From: an uncultured virus (IMG/VR IMGVR_UViG_3300047295_000025)
Taxonomy: Duplodnaviria > Heunggongvirae > Uroviricota > Caudoviricetes > Schitoviridae
Virus record (IMG/VR): IMGVR_UViG_3300047295_000025
Length of the DNA: 64,000 nucleotides
Strand: one strand, 5' to 3'
The notes under the pieces are model-generated. The model was not told the DNA's origin. It searched no databases and saw only the letters and a list, made by a program, of their open reading frames with translations. Made by a program: the position numbers and the translations under genes. Numbering within the stretch: the stretch's first letter is position 1; every line of letters starts with the position of its first letter. Shown in pieces: positions 10,228 through 18,873 of the stretch.

Positions 10228-10265
10228 AGAAATAAGCCCCGCCCTGATGAACAGAGCGGGGCTTC
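10228..10265 (-). terminator. Intrinsic terminator
   Basis: AAGCCCCGC...GCGGGGCTT stem with U-rich tail on the minus strand. Confidence 0.7.
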
Positions 10266-10396
10266 TCGTGTCATTTTTACAAGAGACCTAACTTGTTAAG
10301 CCGCGTTTCACAGATTAACTCAGCAACTAGCGTAGGCCGAAGCCTAGTGTTACTCCACTGCTGGTAAGGACTTAATACCACCTCTGTCTTTGAATA

Positions 10397-10744
10397 CTAT
10401 TTCATGCGAGCTGTCTTCTTCAGCTGCTCTATGAGTTCATCTTTGTTAGACATGGTGTATTGGGATGGGTAGCCCTCAATGCCTCCATTGGTGATCTCAG
10501 ATGTTGACCCTTTCCGCCTCATGACGGTTCGGGTCTCTGACATCACTGTTCGCATCGTTTCGAAGGATGCGTGACGATCAGGCCAGTTGATGAAGATGGC
10601 CAGTTCGGCTGTGCCTAGTGGCCTATCGGGCTTCACGAGAAAGGCCACGATGGTTCGGGCTACCTGACGGCGGCAGCTGAAGTAGAGACGAGCAGCGGCC
10701 TCAAGACCGAGCTTCTCCAGTGGTGTGAATTCCTTCACAGCCAC
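10397..10744 (-). CDS. Hypothetical protein, possibly winged-helix
   Basis: 115-aa ORF; helix pattern resembling OmpR-type DNA-binding domain (weak). Confidence 0.6.
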   Translation of the reverse strand: MAVKEFTPLEKLGLEAAARLYFSCRRQVARTIVAFLVKPDRPLGTAELAIFINWPDRHASFETMRTVMSETRTVMRRKGSTSEITNGGIEGYPSQYTMSNKDELIEQLKKTARMK

Positions 10745-11034
10745 GGCTCAGCGAGATGCTCATCCACGTCTCCAAGGAAGCGGGTTGGGATCTCGCCCCT
10801 CACTCGATCAGCGAGGTCCTTGAGCAGCTCCTCGCTTTTACGAGCACGGAGCAGGTAGCGGTTGTTGGCTTCCAGAAGCTCAGAAATGCGCTTGATACGT
10901 TCCATAGGGAACAGGCTTTGGATGAACGCCACCAATTTGAGAGCATCGGATCGCTCGATCTTTGCTCCCCACTCACCAGATGATTGGTCTTCGACGAAGG
11001 ACAGGCAGCGTTCGTAAAGGCTGAGTTCGGTCAT
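10735..11034 (-). CDS. Hypothetical protein
   Basis: 99-aa ORF coupled to neighbours. Confidence 0.65.
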   Translation of the reverse strand: MTELSLYERCLSFVEDQSSGEWGAKIERSDALKLVAFIQSLFPMERIKRISELLEANNRYLLRARKSEELLKDLADRVRGEIPTRFLGDVDEHLAEPWL

Positions 11035-11345
11035 GGTTGTACCTTTCCAGTGACGAGATCACTGACTGTTTTTGCGAGATTGAGAGAAAGAAGCCGTAGT
11101 CTTCCATCACTGGTGATCTGGAATTTAACGTCCCCAGTTGCTCGGTTTTTTGAGTTACCGATGGGTTCGCTGAAGCCCATAGATCTGTTGAATGTATTCG
11201 TAGTACGAATACACCCAATTGTAGTGTTCAAAAGAACGGCTAGTTCTGGGTTGGTCTTGGGTCCTTCTGCCAAATAGATACAGAGTATTCTATCTGACAG
11301 GAGCATTGGCCGGGGGTTGTTCCGGGGTACATACTTTTTCGGCAC
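11031..11345 (-). CDS. Putative wHTH protein, AT-rich relative to neighbours
   Basis: GPKTNPELAVLLNTT...FQITSDG pattern. Confidence 0.55.
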   Translation of the reverse strand: MPKKYVPRNNPRPMLLSDRILCIYLAEGPKTNPELAVLLNTTIGCIRTTNTFNRSMGFSEPIGNSKNRATGDVKFQITSDGRLRLLSLNLAKTVSDLVTGKVQP

Positions 11346-11737
11346 TACTTCGTAGCCTTATTGTGGTTGTTCTTTCCACAGAACACGCAGGTGAAAATGG
11401 CTTCTGGGTTCCGAGATCCCATGAATTTGAAGGTTGGTTGGCCTTCTCGGTAAGTGGTGATCACGGTCTCATCACCCCCTTCCTGAGCTAGATCGATGCC
11501 GATCTCGTCGGGGATCATCGTCTCATAGCTGGTGCCTGAGAGCACACTTCTCGGGGGACGAGACATGATGTCTCGGATCTGGGGCAGATATTCGGCAGGC
11601 GGGTTCATCATGTTGAGGAACTCACACAGGCCGTGACTGTCTGTGGGAACGTCGATGGGGCTGAAGGTCAGCTTGGTCGCCTTGGCTTCAAGCTGAGTAC
11701 GGTGGAATTCGCCGTTGGCGTCACGATACATCTTCAT
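11345..11737 (-). CDS. Hypothetical protein
   Basis: Probable start MKMYRD overlapping the glutaredoxin gene end. Confidence 0.6.
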   Translation of the reverse strand: MKMYRDANGEFHRTQLEAKATKLTFSPIDVPTDSHGLCEFLNMMNPPAEYLPQIRDIMSRPPRSVLSGTSYETMIPDEIGIDLAQEGGDETVITTYREGQPTFKFMGSRNPEAIFTCVFCGKNNHNKATK

Positions 11738-12146
11738 GGGGTTTCTCTGGCTCAAGGCGATTATGGAGACAGTCGTAGCCACCAATGTGGTCAGGACCCA
11801 AGAAGATCTGGGGCACGGTCTTCCAGCTTTTGATGCGACCAACCAGCTGATCGAAAGCTTCTTCATCCTCGTCTATGTTTTTGAAGACGTGAGGAATGTT
11901 GTGCTTGTCGAGCAGTTCCTTGGCTTGGTCGCAATAAGGACAGGTTGATGTCCCGAAGATCTCAGCGGTGAAATGAGGGACGGGGGCTTCTTCTCCAGCC
12001 AAGATCTTGGCAGCCAGCTCCATCTTGATCAGGTCTAGCAGAGCCATCTCATGCTGAGCTGTCCAGTCAGGGTTGGCTCGGTAGCCAGCGACCCCAGTCA
12101 TACGTTTGACGAGGCCTTTCAGTTGGATGATCGATAGATCAAGCAT
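11721..12146 (-). CDS. Glutaredoxin with about 55-aa N-terminal extension
   Basis: CPYC active site, TVPQIF, IGGYD; AAGGAGG RBS. Confidence 0.88.
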   Translation of the reverse strand: MLDLSIIQLKGLVKRMTGVAGYRANPDWTAQHEMALLDLIKMELAAKILAGEEAPVPHFTAEIFGTSTCPYCDQAKELLDKHNIPHVFKNIDEDEEAFDQLVGRIKSWKTVPQIFLGPDHIGGYDCLHNRLEPEKPHEDVS

Positions 12147-12288
12147 GTCAGACCTCCTTGGGTCAGAGTTGATAACCACAAAAAGAGATGTCCCGCACCC
12201 GCAGGGGCGGACCAGTTGTCTTGAAACTGAGATTGTTTCTCTGCTATGCGGGAAGACATCTGCTTTTTCATATAGTTAGGTCTATTAT

Positions 12289-13494
12289 ATGCTGACGTTT
12301 ACACCGCCAGAAGGTGAAAAGCTCGTCTTGGATCCGCAGATGTTGCAGTGGGCCACGGAGAACCAGAGGAAAGCTCTGGAAGCTGTGGTCAAAAGCGGGA
12401 AGAGTATTCAGCAAACAGAAAAAGATCTCGGACTATACAAAGATGCTTTGGGAAGACCTATCCGTCGTCTGTATAAACTAGCAGCGAGCAAGGGTTACTC
12501 ACCGCAGAACGACATGATCAGGATCGTACCTGATCCATTTACTCTCTCTGGTATCTCTACATACTATGAGAAGACGCCTACCACCCCGGCTCAGTGGGTG
12601 AAGATCAAGCTGGAAGACAAGCTTCGATACGCTGCGATGCTGGAAGGCATCCAAGAGGCCATGAAGGGCCTACCTGTTCTGCCTCCGGTGCAGCACCCCA
12701 TCTACAGTGTCGCTGAGTTGCTGAACGTCCATGTTTTCACGGACTACCACATCGGCATGAGAGCCTGGGATGAGGAGGGCGGTGCTCACTGGGACATTGA
12801 GACAGCCGAGATCCTGATCATCCGTGCGTTTCAGTATATGCTGGATCACTCTCCTGCTGCCGCTGTCGGGTTCATTGCTCAGCTCGGGGACTTCGCCCAC
12901 TTCGACAGCTTGCGTCCGGTGACGCCCACAAGTGGGCACATCGTTGATGCTTCAGGGCATTACACGGAGATTGTCAGGGCCGTCATTCGGATCATGCTGA
13001 AGATGATCTCTATGGCTCTAGCCAAGTATCCTCGGGTCGTTGTCCTGATGGCTGAAGGCAATCATGATATCGCTTCGTCTGTCTGGATGCGTGAGCTTCT
13101 CAAGGCCATGTTCATAGACGAGCCAAGGGTCGAGATCGTGGACAGTGCCACTCCGTTCTATGCCTTCGAGTGGGGTCAGACGATGATCGCAGTACATCAC
13201 GGACATGCGAAGAAGCTGCCCGATATGCCGAAGATGTTCGCCAATCTGTTTGCTGCTATGTGGGGCAGGACGACCAAGCGATACGGGAAGGCTGGTCACT
13301 ATCACCATGAGATCGTGACAGGCGAGGACAGTGGGATGAAGATCACCCAGTACCCAACGCTGGCTCCGAACGACAGTCACTCAGCTCGTCATGGTTACAG
13401 CTCCAATCGACAGACGAGCGTCGAGACATACAGTGCCCGGTTCGGGAAGATGTCGGAGCTGGTGGTCACACCAGAGATGCTGGAAGGTTGCTGA
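12289..13494 (+). CDS. Calcineurin-like metallophosphoesterase with N-terminal extension
   Basis: All five motifs: DYH, LGDFAHFD, GNHD, HHGH, GHYHH. Confidence 0.85.
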   Translation: MLTFTPPEGEKLVLDPQMLQWATENQRKALEAVVKSGKSIQQTEKDLGLYKDALGRPIRRLYKLAASKGYSPQNDMIRIVPDPFTLSGISTYYEKTPTTPAQWVKIKLEDKLRYAAMLEGIQEAMKGLPVLPPVQHPIYSVAELLNVHVFTDYHIGMRAWDEEGGAHWDIETAEILIIRAFQYMLDHSPAAAVGFIAQLGDFAHFDSLRPVTPTSGHIVDASGHYTEIVRAVIRIMLKMISMALAKYPRVVVLMAEGNHDIASSVWMRELLKAMFIDEPRVEIVDSATPFYAFEWGQTMIAVHHGHAKKLPDMPKMFANLFAAMWGRTTKRYGKAGHYHHEIVTGEDSGMKITQYPTLAPNDSHSARHGYSSNRQTSVETYSARFGKMSELVVTPEMLEGC

Positions 13495-13505
13495 ATCTGA
13501 AGCAC

Positions 13506-13543
13506 AAAAAGAAATGGCCTCTCCTGTGAAGGAGAGGCCAAAA
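13506..13543 (-). terminator. Terminator between convergent genes
   Basis: TGGCCTCTCCT/AGGAGAGGCCA stem, U-rich on the minus strand. Confidence 0.75.
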
Positions 13544-13566
13544 CTTTGTCAGCGATACTGAGACGC

Positions 13567-14076
13567 TTAGACGGTAACCGTCATGGCGTGGGTATCGGTG
13601 AAGCCACCGTCCGTCGAGGTGAAGGTGATGGTAGCCACACCAGCGCCGACAGCAGTGACGAGGCCCGATGCGTTGACCGTAGCACGAGTCGGATGCGAGG
13701 TGGTCCAGACACCAGTGACGTTCGAAGCACCACCGGGAGTGGGCGTGACCGTCAGTTGTTGGGTCTGGCCGACCGTCTTGGCCGAGGTTTCAGGGCCGAC
13801 GCTGACGCCTGTGAGAGCCACATAGACCAGATCTTCAGCGATGGTGACGTTGCCCATGTCGAGCACGTTGATGCCGTACATCACATCTCTGACGTGATGG
13901 TAGAGAACGTGGGTGCCGTTGAAGCCAATGGCATCGTTGTTCTTGTTCGTGTCTCCGGTGGTGTGGTCGTGGTAGAAGTTACCAGCGTTGACCGAACCAA
14001 CCGGCAGAGCGTCACCGAAAGCTTGCACAGTGGCAACTCTGGTGACGCCATTCCAAGCGACTTGATGTCTGGACAT
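13567..14076 (-). CDS. Capsid decoration protein with Ig-like (Big_2) domain (N4 gp17-like)
   Basis: WTTSHPTRATVNASGLVTAVGAGVATITFTSTDGG; GGAGG RBS; follows RNAP2. Confidence 0.85.
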   Translation of the reverse strand: MSRHQVAWNGVTRVATVQAFGDALPVGSVNAGNFYHDHTTGDTNKNNDAIGFNGTHVLYHHVRDVMYGINVLDMGNVTIAEDLVYVALTGVSVGPETSAKTVGQTQQLTVTPTPGGASNVTGVWTTSHPTRATVNASGLVTAVGAGVATITFTSTDGGFTDTHAMTVTV

Positions 14077-14177
14077 GTGTCCAACCTCCGAGGGGTATGA
14101 GAGAGTTTGCCCCACGGATGTGAGACGAGTCTCGATACTGCTTATTTGACTGTCAGTCGAGCTTCTCTCTTGACTGT

Positions 14178-14225
14178 AAAAAAATACGCCCACAGCCGAC
14201 CTGTAAGGGTCAGTTGTGGGCGTAA
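14178..14225 (-). terminator. Terminator after RNAP2
   Basis: TACGCCCACA...TGTGGGCGTA stem plus U7. Confidence 0.8.
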
Positions 14226-14228
14226 GGC

Positions 14229-15431
14229 TTAGGACAGTGCGTAGTTGGTGTCGGTGATCTGCTTGTGCAGCGAGGGAGTCAGTTTCCCGATGGTCACTTT
14301 CTTTCTGACGATCTGGCTGATCATGAAGCTGAGCAGGTTGCTCTTGGCGATCAGAGCCAGTTGGAGGTTATATTGACGGCGGAGGTCGTTGCCATAGTGG
14401 GGCAAGCAGCGGAAGCAGTCATGGATTGAGACGACCTTGAAGGGTCGCTTGGGCATGGACTCGATCAGGTCGATCACTGGAGTACGGTCGATCATATCGA
14501 CGTTCTGGGTAGTGATGTAGTCAAGGATCCGAGCTGAGAGATAGCCCGAGGCCTTGTAGTGGTTCCACAGGTTCATCAGCATAACATCCTTCTCAAGATC
14601 TGAAGGGCCAGCTTCTGCATCCCGAGCTAGGATGTTGAGCACGTCGATGACTTGATCACGATCATAGTCACAGCGACGAGTCATCTCACGGACCACCATT
14701 CCATCGATACTGTGGATGGTGTTGGCTCCGAGAGAACGGCCTTCTGCCATAGGGGCATTGACCTTGGTGTAGATGTCGATGGGTCGGTCGAGGACGTGTA
14801 TGACTTCCTTGGCCCGAGCCATGACTTTGATTTTGACGTGGAAGTTATCAGGCAGCACCCAGTCGTGGCTGAGTGCAGTGGGGTTCCAGAGGCCAAGCAT
14901 GGCCTCGTTGAGTTCCCAAGCTCCGGGAGCGAGGTCGTTCATGGTCTTGTAGAAGATGTCGAGGAGAGCACCTTCGCCGTAGACTTCCTTGGGCACAGCC
15001 GTGGAGCTATAGAGAGCGGTCATGATGGCTTGCTTGTTGCCTTCACGGTCGATCTTGGCAGTGCCACCAGTACGACGGATCATCTCTTGGTAGATGACCT
15101 CGTAGGCGTCTTCACGCTGACCAGTGTCCACGACATTGCAGAGTCGGGCAGCAAGATGGTCGCCCGTCAGGGCGGCCAAGAATTGCAGGCCCGACGATGT
15201 GGCGTCGAGGGAGATCATGTAGCCGATGGGCTTGCCATCTTGCACGTCCCGCCAAGCTTGGACGCCTGCATGGTAGAGAGCAGGCTCCTTGGCTTTGTGG
15301 AGTAGGTTTTCGAGGTTGTTTTCGTTGTTGTTGAACCACTTGAGACGTTCGTCCCAGCGCACTTTGTCGAGGCCGAAGTTCGAAGCGATGTCGATAGCGA
15401 GGTATTCGCGGCCAGTGAATGTCTGGAACAT
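14229..15431 (-). CDS. RNA polymerase II subunit RNAP2 (N4 gp16-like)
   Basis: T7-type motif A LDATSSGLQ, motif B RxxxKQAIMTALY, motif C SIHDCF. Confidence 0.95.
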   Translation of the reverse strand: MFQTFTGREYLAIDIASNFGLDKVRWDERLKWFNNNENNLENLLHKAKEPALYHAGVQAWRDVQDGKPIGYMISLDATSSGLQFLAALTGDHLAARLCNVVDTGQREDAYEVIYQEMIRRTGGTAKIDREGNKQAIMTALYSSTAVPKEVYGEGALLDIFYKTMNDLAPGAWELNEAMLGLWNPTALSHDWVLPDNFHVKIKVMARAKEVIHVLDRPIDIYTKVNAPMAEGRSLGANTIHSIDGMVVREMTRRCDYDRDQVIDVLNILARDAEAGPSDLEKDVMLMNLWNHYKASGYLSARILDYITTQNVDMIDRTPVIDLIESMPKRPFKVVSIHDCFRCLPHYGNDLRRQYNLQLALIAKSNLLSFMISQIVRKKVTIGKLTPSLHKQITDTNYALS

Positions 15432-15446
15432 GGTTTGTCCTTTGGG

Positions 15447-15677
15447 TCAGTGGAGGTTGATGTTGATCTGGTTGTCCGAGAGGACGTACATTGTCGCCTC
15501 TAGGAACGCTTCACGAGATGTTCCGGTATAAATACCGAGGAGAGTCATGCGGTAGGGATTGATGTTCTGGTTGATCAGATACATCTCACGCTCATTGGTC
15601 ACAGAGATGAACACTCCAGTGGCAATAGCCGTGGAGAATTCAAACTCTGTGGTGGTTTCTTTGACTTCGACTGCCAT
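15447..15677 (-). CDS. Hypothetical protein between RNAP subunit genes
   Basis: 76-aa ORF, TAATG coupling. Confidence 0.6.
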   Translation of the reverse strand: MAVEVKETTTEFEFSTAIATGVFISVTNEREMYLINQNINPYRMTLLGIYTGTSREAFLEATMYVLSDNQININLH

Positions 15678-15844
15678 TAACGACGCCTTCTTAATGATCG
15701 AGAGAACTTGGGAGCAGAAGACATTCTACTCAAGTTCGGTCGATGACTGGCGATCTTCGGGAGTGAGCGGAACTGATGTTCCAGCACCCTCGGAAGGATC
15801 TCGAAGAGGATGATGTACAGTGCTTCAAGCAGGATCTTCTGCAT
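15677..15844 (-). CDS. Small basic hypothetical protein (55 aa)
   Basis: MQKILLEALYIILFEIL...LRRRR read by hand; fills the gap after RNAP1. Confidence 0.5.
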   Translation of the reverse strand: MQKILLEALYIILFEILPRVLEHQFRSLPKIASHRPNLSRMSSAPKFSRSLRRRR

Positions 15845-15848
15845 GGCA

Positions 15849-16679
15849 CTAATTCACCAGCTCTCGATCAGCCAACTCGATCACTGCCTTGTTCCACGGC
15901 GTCCCTTGAGGGTTGACGTGATAGCCTTGGCTGTATGTGCGACCGCGTTTGTCGTATCGGTGGGTGATGTAGAACTCATTGCCAAGGCTGAGCAGCTTGG
16001 CCATTACGTCCTTGACGCTCCGACTGTATTTGTCGAACGCCTTGACCCGCTTGTTGAAGTCAGTGCGGGACTCGCCTTCCTTCACCTTGTCAAGGTTCTT
16101 CCAGCGCAGACGTACCATCATGGCCGTGCTCTGGTTGATACAGAACTTGATGCGGTTCAGCCGGTTGAGGTGATCCAGACAGACATCATCATCGTGATGA
16201 TTGTCCTTGAGGATCACTGAGCTGTCGTTCAGCAGGTAGCCCGATTGGTTGTTGGATCGGATCTCCTTGGGGGTGACGACCATAGGCAGAGGGAACTGGA
16301 AGCGATCCAGTTCCTCTTGGGTCTCGGGGCTGATGTCGTAGATGACGACGAACTGGTCGAGGACATCGTTGTAGTCCACGAGATCCAGCTCAGCTGCTTT
16401 CAGCAGGGCGTTGGCGCAGTCCTGAGCTGAGTTGAAGTGGTGATGCAGGATGCCCACGAGTGTGGCCATGTTGGTCCGCTTATGCAGTACCATCTGGATG
16501 AGCAGGCCGAAGCCGAAAGCTTCAGGCAGCTCGTGCTCCTTGAAGAACTTGGCGAAGTCCAGCCCGAACTGGGCTTTGGCTTCGATGAAGGACTCCCTGA
16601 TCCGTGGGATCAGTTGGTTCTTGGAGTAGAGGTGCTCTAGCTCGTACTGGAGGACGAGCTTGGGATCTACCTGTGCCAT
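15849..16679 (-). CDS. RNA polymerase II subunit RNAP1 (N4 gp15-like)
   Basis: YDKRGRTY (DxRGRxY), GYHVNPQG, FPLPMVV; start MAQVD after AAGGA. Confidence 0.93.
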   Translation of the reverse strand: MAQVDPKLVLQYELEHLYSKNQLIPRIRESFIEAKAQFGLDFAKFFKEHELPEAFGFGLLIQMVLHKRTNMATLVGILHHHFNSAQDCANALLKAAELDLVDYNDVLDQFVVIYDISPETQEELDRFQFPLPMVVTPKEIRSNNQSGYLLNDSSVILKDNHHDDDVCLDHLNRLNRIKFCINQSTAMMVRLRWKNLDKVKEGESRTDFNKRVKAFDKYSRSVKDVMAKLLSLGNEFYITHRYDKRGRTYSQGYHVNPQGTPWNKAVIELADRELVN

Positions 16680-16716
16680 GAGCACGGTTCCTTGTTCTTG
16701 GGTTGCTGGGGATATG

Positions 16717-16743
16717 AAAAGACCACCCCGAAGGGTGGTCTTT
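16717..16743 (-). terminator. Terminator with UUCG loop
   Basis: AAAGACCACCC-TTCG-GGGTGGTCTTTT. Confidence 0.75.
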
Positions 16744-16749
16744 GTGGTC

Positions 16750-17205
16750 TCAGGGGAATGTGCCCCAGTAGCGGTAATCCTCACCTTTCCGTTCGGGCAG
16801 GTGAGGTCGCCATGCGAGATCGAAGGAGCAGTTCTCAGGGGCCTTCATGAACATCGGAGCGATGTGTTCAGGCTTGAGACCAGCTAGTCCGCATCCAAGC
16901 TGAGTGACTTGGAACCTGAGGTGAGAGTTGGCTCGGGCGTAGCGGATGAAGTTCTCGACGTAGTGGTTGATGGTGAGGATGGGCAGGGTCTTAAGGAACT
17001 GGTCTTTGGTGGGTATAGCGAAGCTGTCCCCTTCATGACCGAATCCAACTCCCCAGACAGCCCCGTGTTGCAGTAGGGCGGCTCGCGCCGCCCCTGCCCC
17101 GTGGATGCCTGCCTCGTTGGATCCGAAGACGAAGATCATGTCTCGCCGGGTGGGTTTGACAGCAGGCCTGAGCTTGCTGGATGCTGATCGTTGGAAGACG
17201 TTCAT
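16750..17205 (-). CDS. Macro-like phage non-structural protein (A1S_2505-type family)
   Basis: IFVFGSNEAGIHGAGAA, FAIPTK, LGCGLAG. Confidence 0.75.
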   Translation of the reverse strand: MNVFQRSASSKLRPAVKPTRRDMIFVFGSNEAGIHGAGAARAALLQHGAVWGVGFGHEGDSFAIPTKDQFLKTLPILTINHYVENFIRYARANSHLRFQVTQLGCGLAGLKPEHIAPMFMKAPENCSFDLAWRPHLPERKGEDYRYWGTFP

Positions 17206-17441
17206 GGCTTGCTCTTTTCAAAGTGAGCTTGAAGCGATGCGTTGCTCTCATCGAAGTCGAATAGCTGAGCTTTGGGGAAGGTGAGCATCTCGGGTCCGTA
17301 GGCCCCGTTCATAGCCATCACCCAGTAGAAGCCTGCGTGTTCAGCGATGAGCTGGAACTTTCGCAGGACTGGCTTCTGGTTTGTGCTTGAGTTGCCCTTG
17401 TCGATCAGGGTGCGGTTGGTGAGGTAACGGGGTCCGGCCAT
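17202..17441 (-). CDS. Hypothetical protein
   Basis: Start MAGPRY after AGGA; ATGA coupling downstream. Confidence 0.6.
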   Translation of the reverse strand: MAGPRYLTNRTLIDKGNSSTNQKPVLRKFQLIAEHAGFYWVMAMNGAYGPEMLTFPKAQLFDFDESNASLQAHFEKSKP

Positions 17442-17515
17442 AGTAGGCGTCCTGTTCTGCGATGATCTGGTCGAGGCCAGACCAGTCTGGGTTAGGCAGG
17501 AGCTGGATGATCCCA

Positions 17516-17902
17516 CTAGAAGGGGATGTCGTCGTTGAGATCATAGCCCCTGTCGTAGTCTGGTTCATGGGTCTCCCCTGGTTTGAGGTTGACGTTGTAC
17601 TCGGTCCATCCACGCTGGCCTGCGAGCCAGCTGTTGATGACGATGTAGGTGCGTTCTTGAGCGAGTAGCTGAGAGCGAGGTAGCCAGACCTCTTCTCCGT
17701 TTAGACGGATCCAGAGGATGGCTTTTTCGGTTTCAGCAGGACCTTGGGCATTGGTTGCCTGTCGTCCTTCGACTCTCAGTCCAGTATCAAAGTGCCTTGG
17801 GCTGCGATGATAGGTGCCTGAGCTGTCGCTCATATCGTAGAGGTCATCGTCCAAAGAATCTAATAGGTACTGATCATAGAAGTCGTCTGCCATCTCACCC
17901 AT
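17516..17902 (-). CDS. Acidic protein with SSB-like C-terminal DDIPF
   Basis: MGEMADDF..., ETEKAILW...EVWLPRSQ core, ends DLNDDIPF. Confidence 0.7.
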   Translation of the reverse strand: MGEMADDFYDQYLLDSLDDDLYDMSDSSGTYHRSPRHFDTGLRVEGRQATNAQGPAETEKAILWIRLNGEEVWLPRSQLLAQERTYIVINSWLAGQRGWTEYNVNLKPGETHEPDYDRGYDLNDDIPF

Positions 17903-18332
17903 AATATTTGACCCTTGTTTCCTGTGACTTGACGAGGTTCTCTCGTCGCACACGGGGTTCATGGATCTTGGGCTTAGGGGACCTGATACTCTCTACACTC
18001 CAGCCCTTGTAACCAGTGGGTCTGAGAGCCGGATCTGGACTGAGGGTGAGATAGTCGTGGGCATCTGCCTTGGATGAGAACTCCAGAGGATAGATGACGT
18101 GGGGCCAGACATCTCGGCCCTCTTGTGATGTCGGAGGACCAGCGAGGTTGATCCTGATGACGTAGTGAATGTTCACTCTCTTCACGATTTCACGGAAGAG
18201 TTTGGCGCATTTGGCTTGGTTGTCGGTGGTTCGGTCGTCCCAGGGGACAGATGAAGAGCTGTCGTGTGGGTCTCGTATCAGTTCAGGATCGTTCGATAGA
18301 TCATCGAACATCCCTCGTGACCGTGTAGTCAT
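17895..18332 (-). CDS. Hypothetical protein
   Basis: Start MTTRSR after AAGGA. Confidence 0.6.
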   Translation of the reverse strand: MTTRSRGMFDDLSNDPELIRDPHDSSSSVPWDDRTTDNQAKCAKLFREIVKRVNIHYVIRINLAGPPTSQEGRDVWPHVIYPLEFSSKADAHDYLTLSPDPALRPTGYKGWSVESIRSPKPKIHEPRVRRENLVKSQETRVKYYG

Positions 18333-18612
18333 GGCCGAAGTCCTTCTCTGAAGGCCAGCGGTGTGCTGGCCCTTCATTTGGAAGGGGCACATGCTTGCCG
18401 GTTGGTTTGGAGGGTGAGAACATCATCTCGGGATACCTCACTCCGTTGGAGCGAGCTTTTCCTTCGTGCAGAGGTGGCTCGAAAGCCACAATGCCGTTTT
18501 CCAGTCGCCTTGGGTCTTGGGCCATGCCACGACCCTTATCCAGTGAACTGGCTTTTTGAACAGCGATGTCCTTGGCTTGACGTGTGGTGAAGTCGATGCG
18601 TTTCCAAGACAT
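18301..18612 (-). CDS. Hypothetical protein
   Basis: 103-aa ORF in the early cluster. Confidence 0.55.
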   Translation of the reverse strand: MSWKRIDFTTRQAKDIAVQKASSLDKGRGMAQDPRRLENGIVAFEPPLHEGKARSNGVRYPEMMFSPSKPTGKHVPLPNEGPAHRWPSEKDFGHDYTVTRDVR

Positions 18613-18624
18613 TGTACTGTTCTC

Positions 18625-18873
18625 TCAGGGGACCAGAGTGGCGTCTTGCAAGCTATAGCTTTGGCCAGAGATTTCCAGTGCCTCACTGAGTGTGAGGACT
18701 TTCTTCTCGACCATGACAGCAAGCATTGAGCCGACGATTTCGAGGCCCTTGGATGCCTGTGCCTGAGTGGCTTCCAGACGACCTTGGTCGTAGGTGTCCA
18801 CGCTGGGAGTGAGGGCGTCAGCTAGGGAGGTGGTGATCTTCCTTCCTGCGTAGTCGGTGTATGAGACTTTCAT
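18625..18873 (-). CDS. Hypothetical protein
   Basis: 82-aa ORF, ATGA coupling, GGAG RBS. Confidence 0.65.
   Translation of the reverse strand: MKVSYTDYAGRKITTSLADALTPSVDTYDQGRLEATQAQASKGLEIVGSMLAVMVEKKVLTLSEALEISGQSYSLQDATLVP

Noticed and set aside
10234..10265. CTGATGA suggesting a hammerhead ribozyme
   Set aside because: No stem II/GAAA/NUH arrangement; it lies within a simple terminator hairpin
10296..10311. TTAA-N7-TTCA CtrA-like box
   Set aside because: Single mismatched site and host unknown
14077..14193. Upstream ORF-track extensions (gp17, rIIB, RNAP1, gp55, gp53, Sak4, primase)
   Set aside because: They cross terminators or neighbouring genes; downstream starts fit RBS or translational coupling better
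18814..18824. GCGTCAGC as a fourth early promoter
   Set aside because: Only a 2-bp stem and inside a CDS
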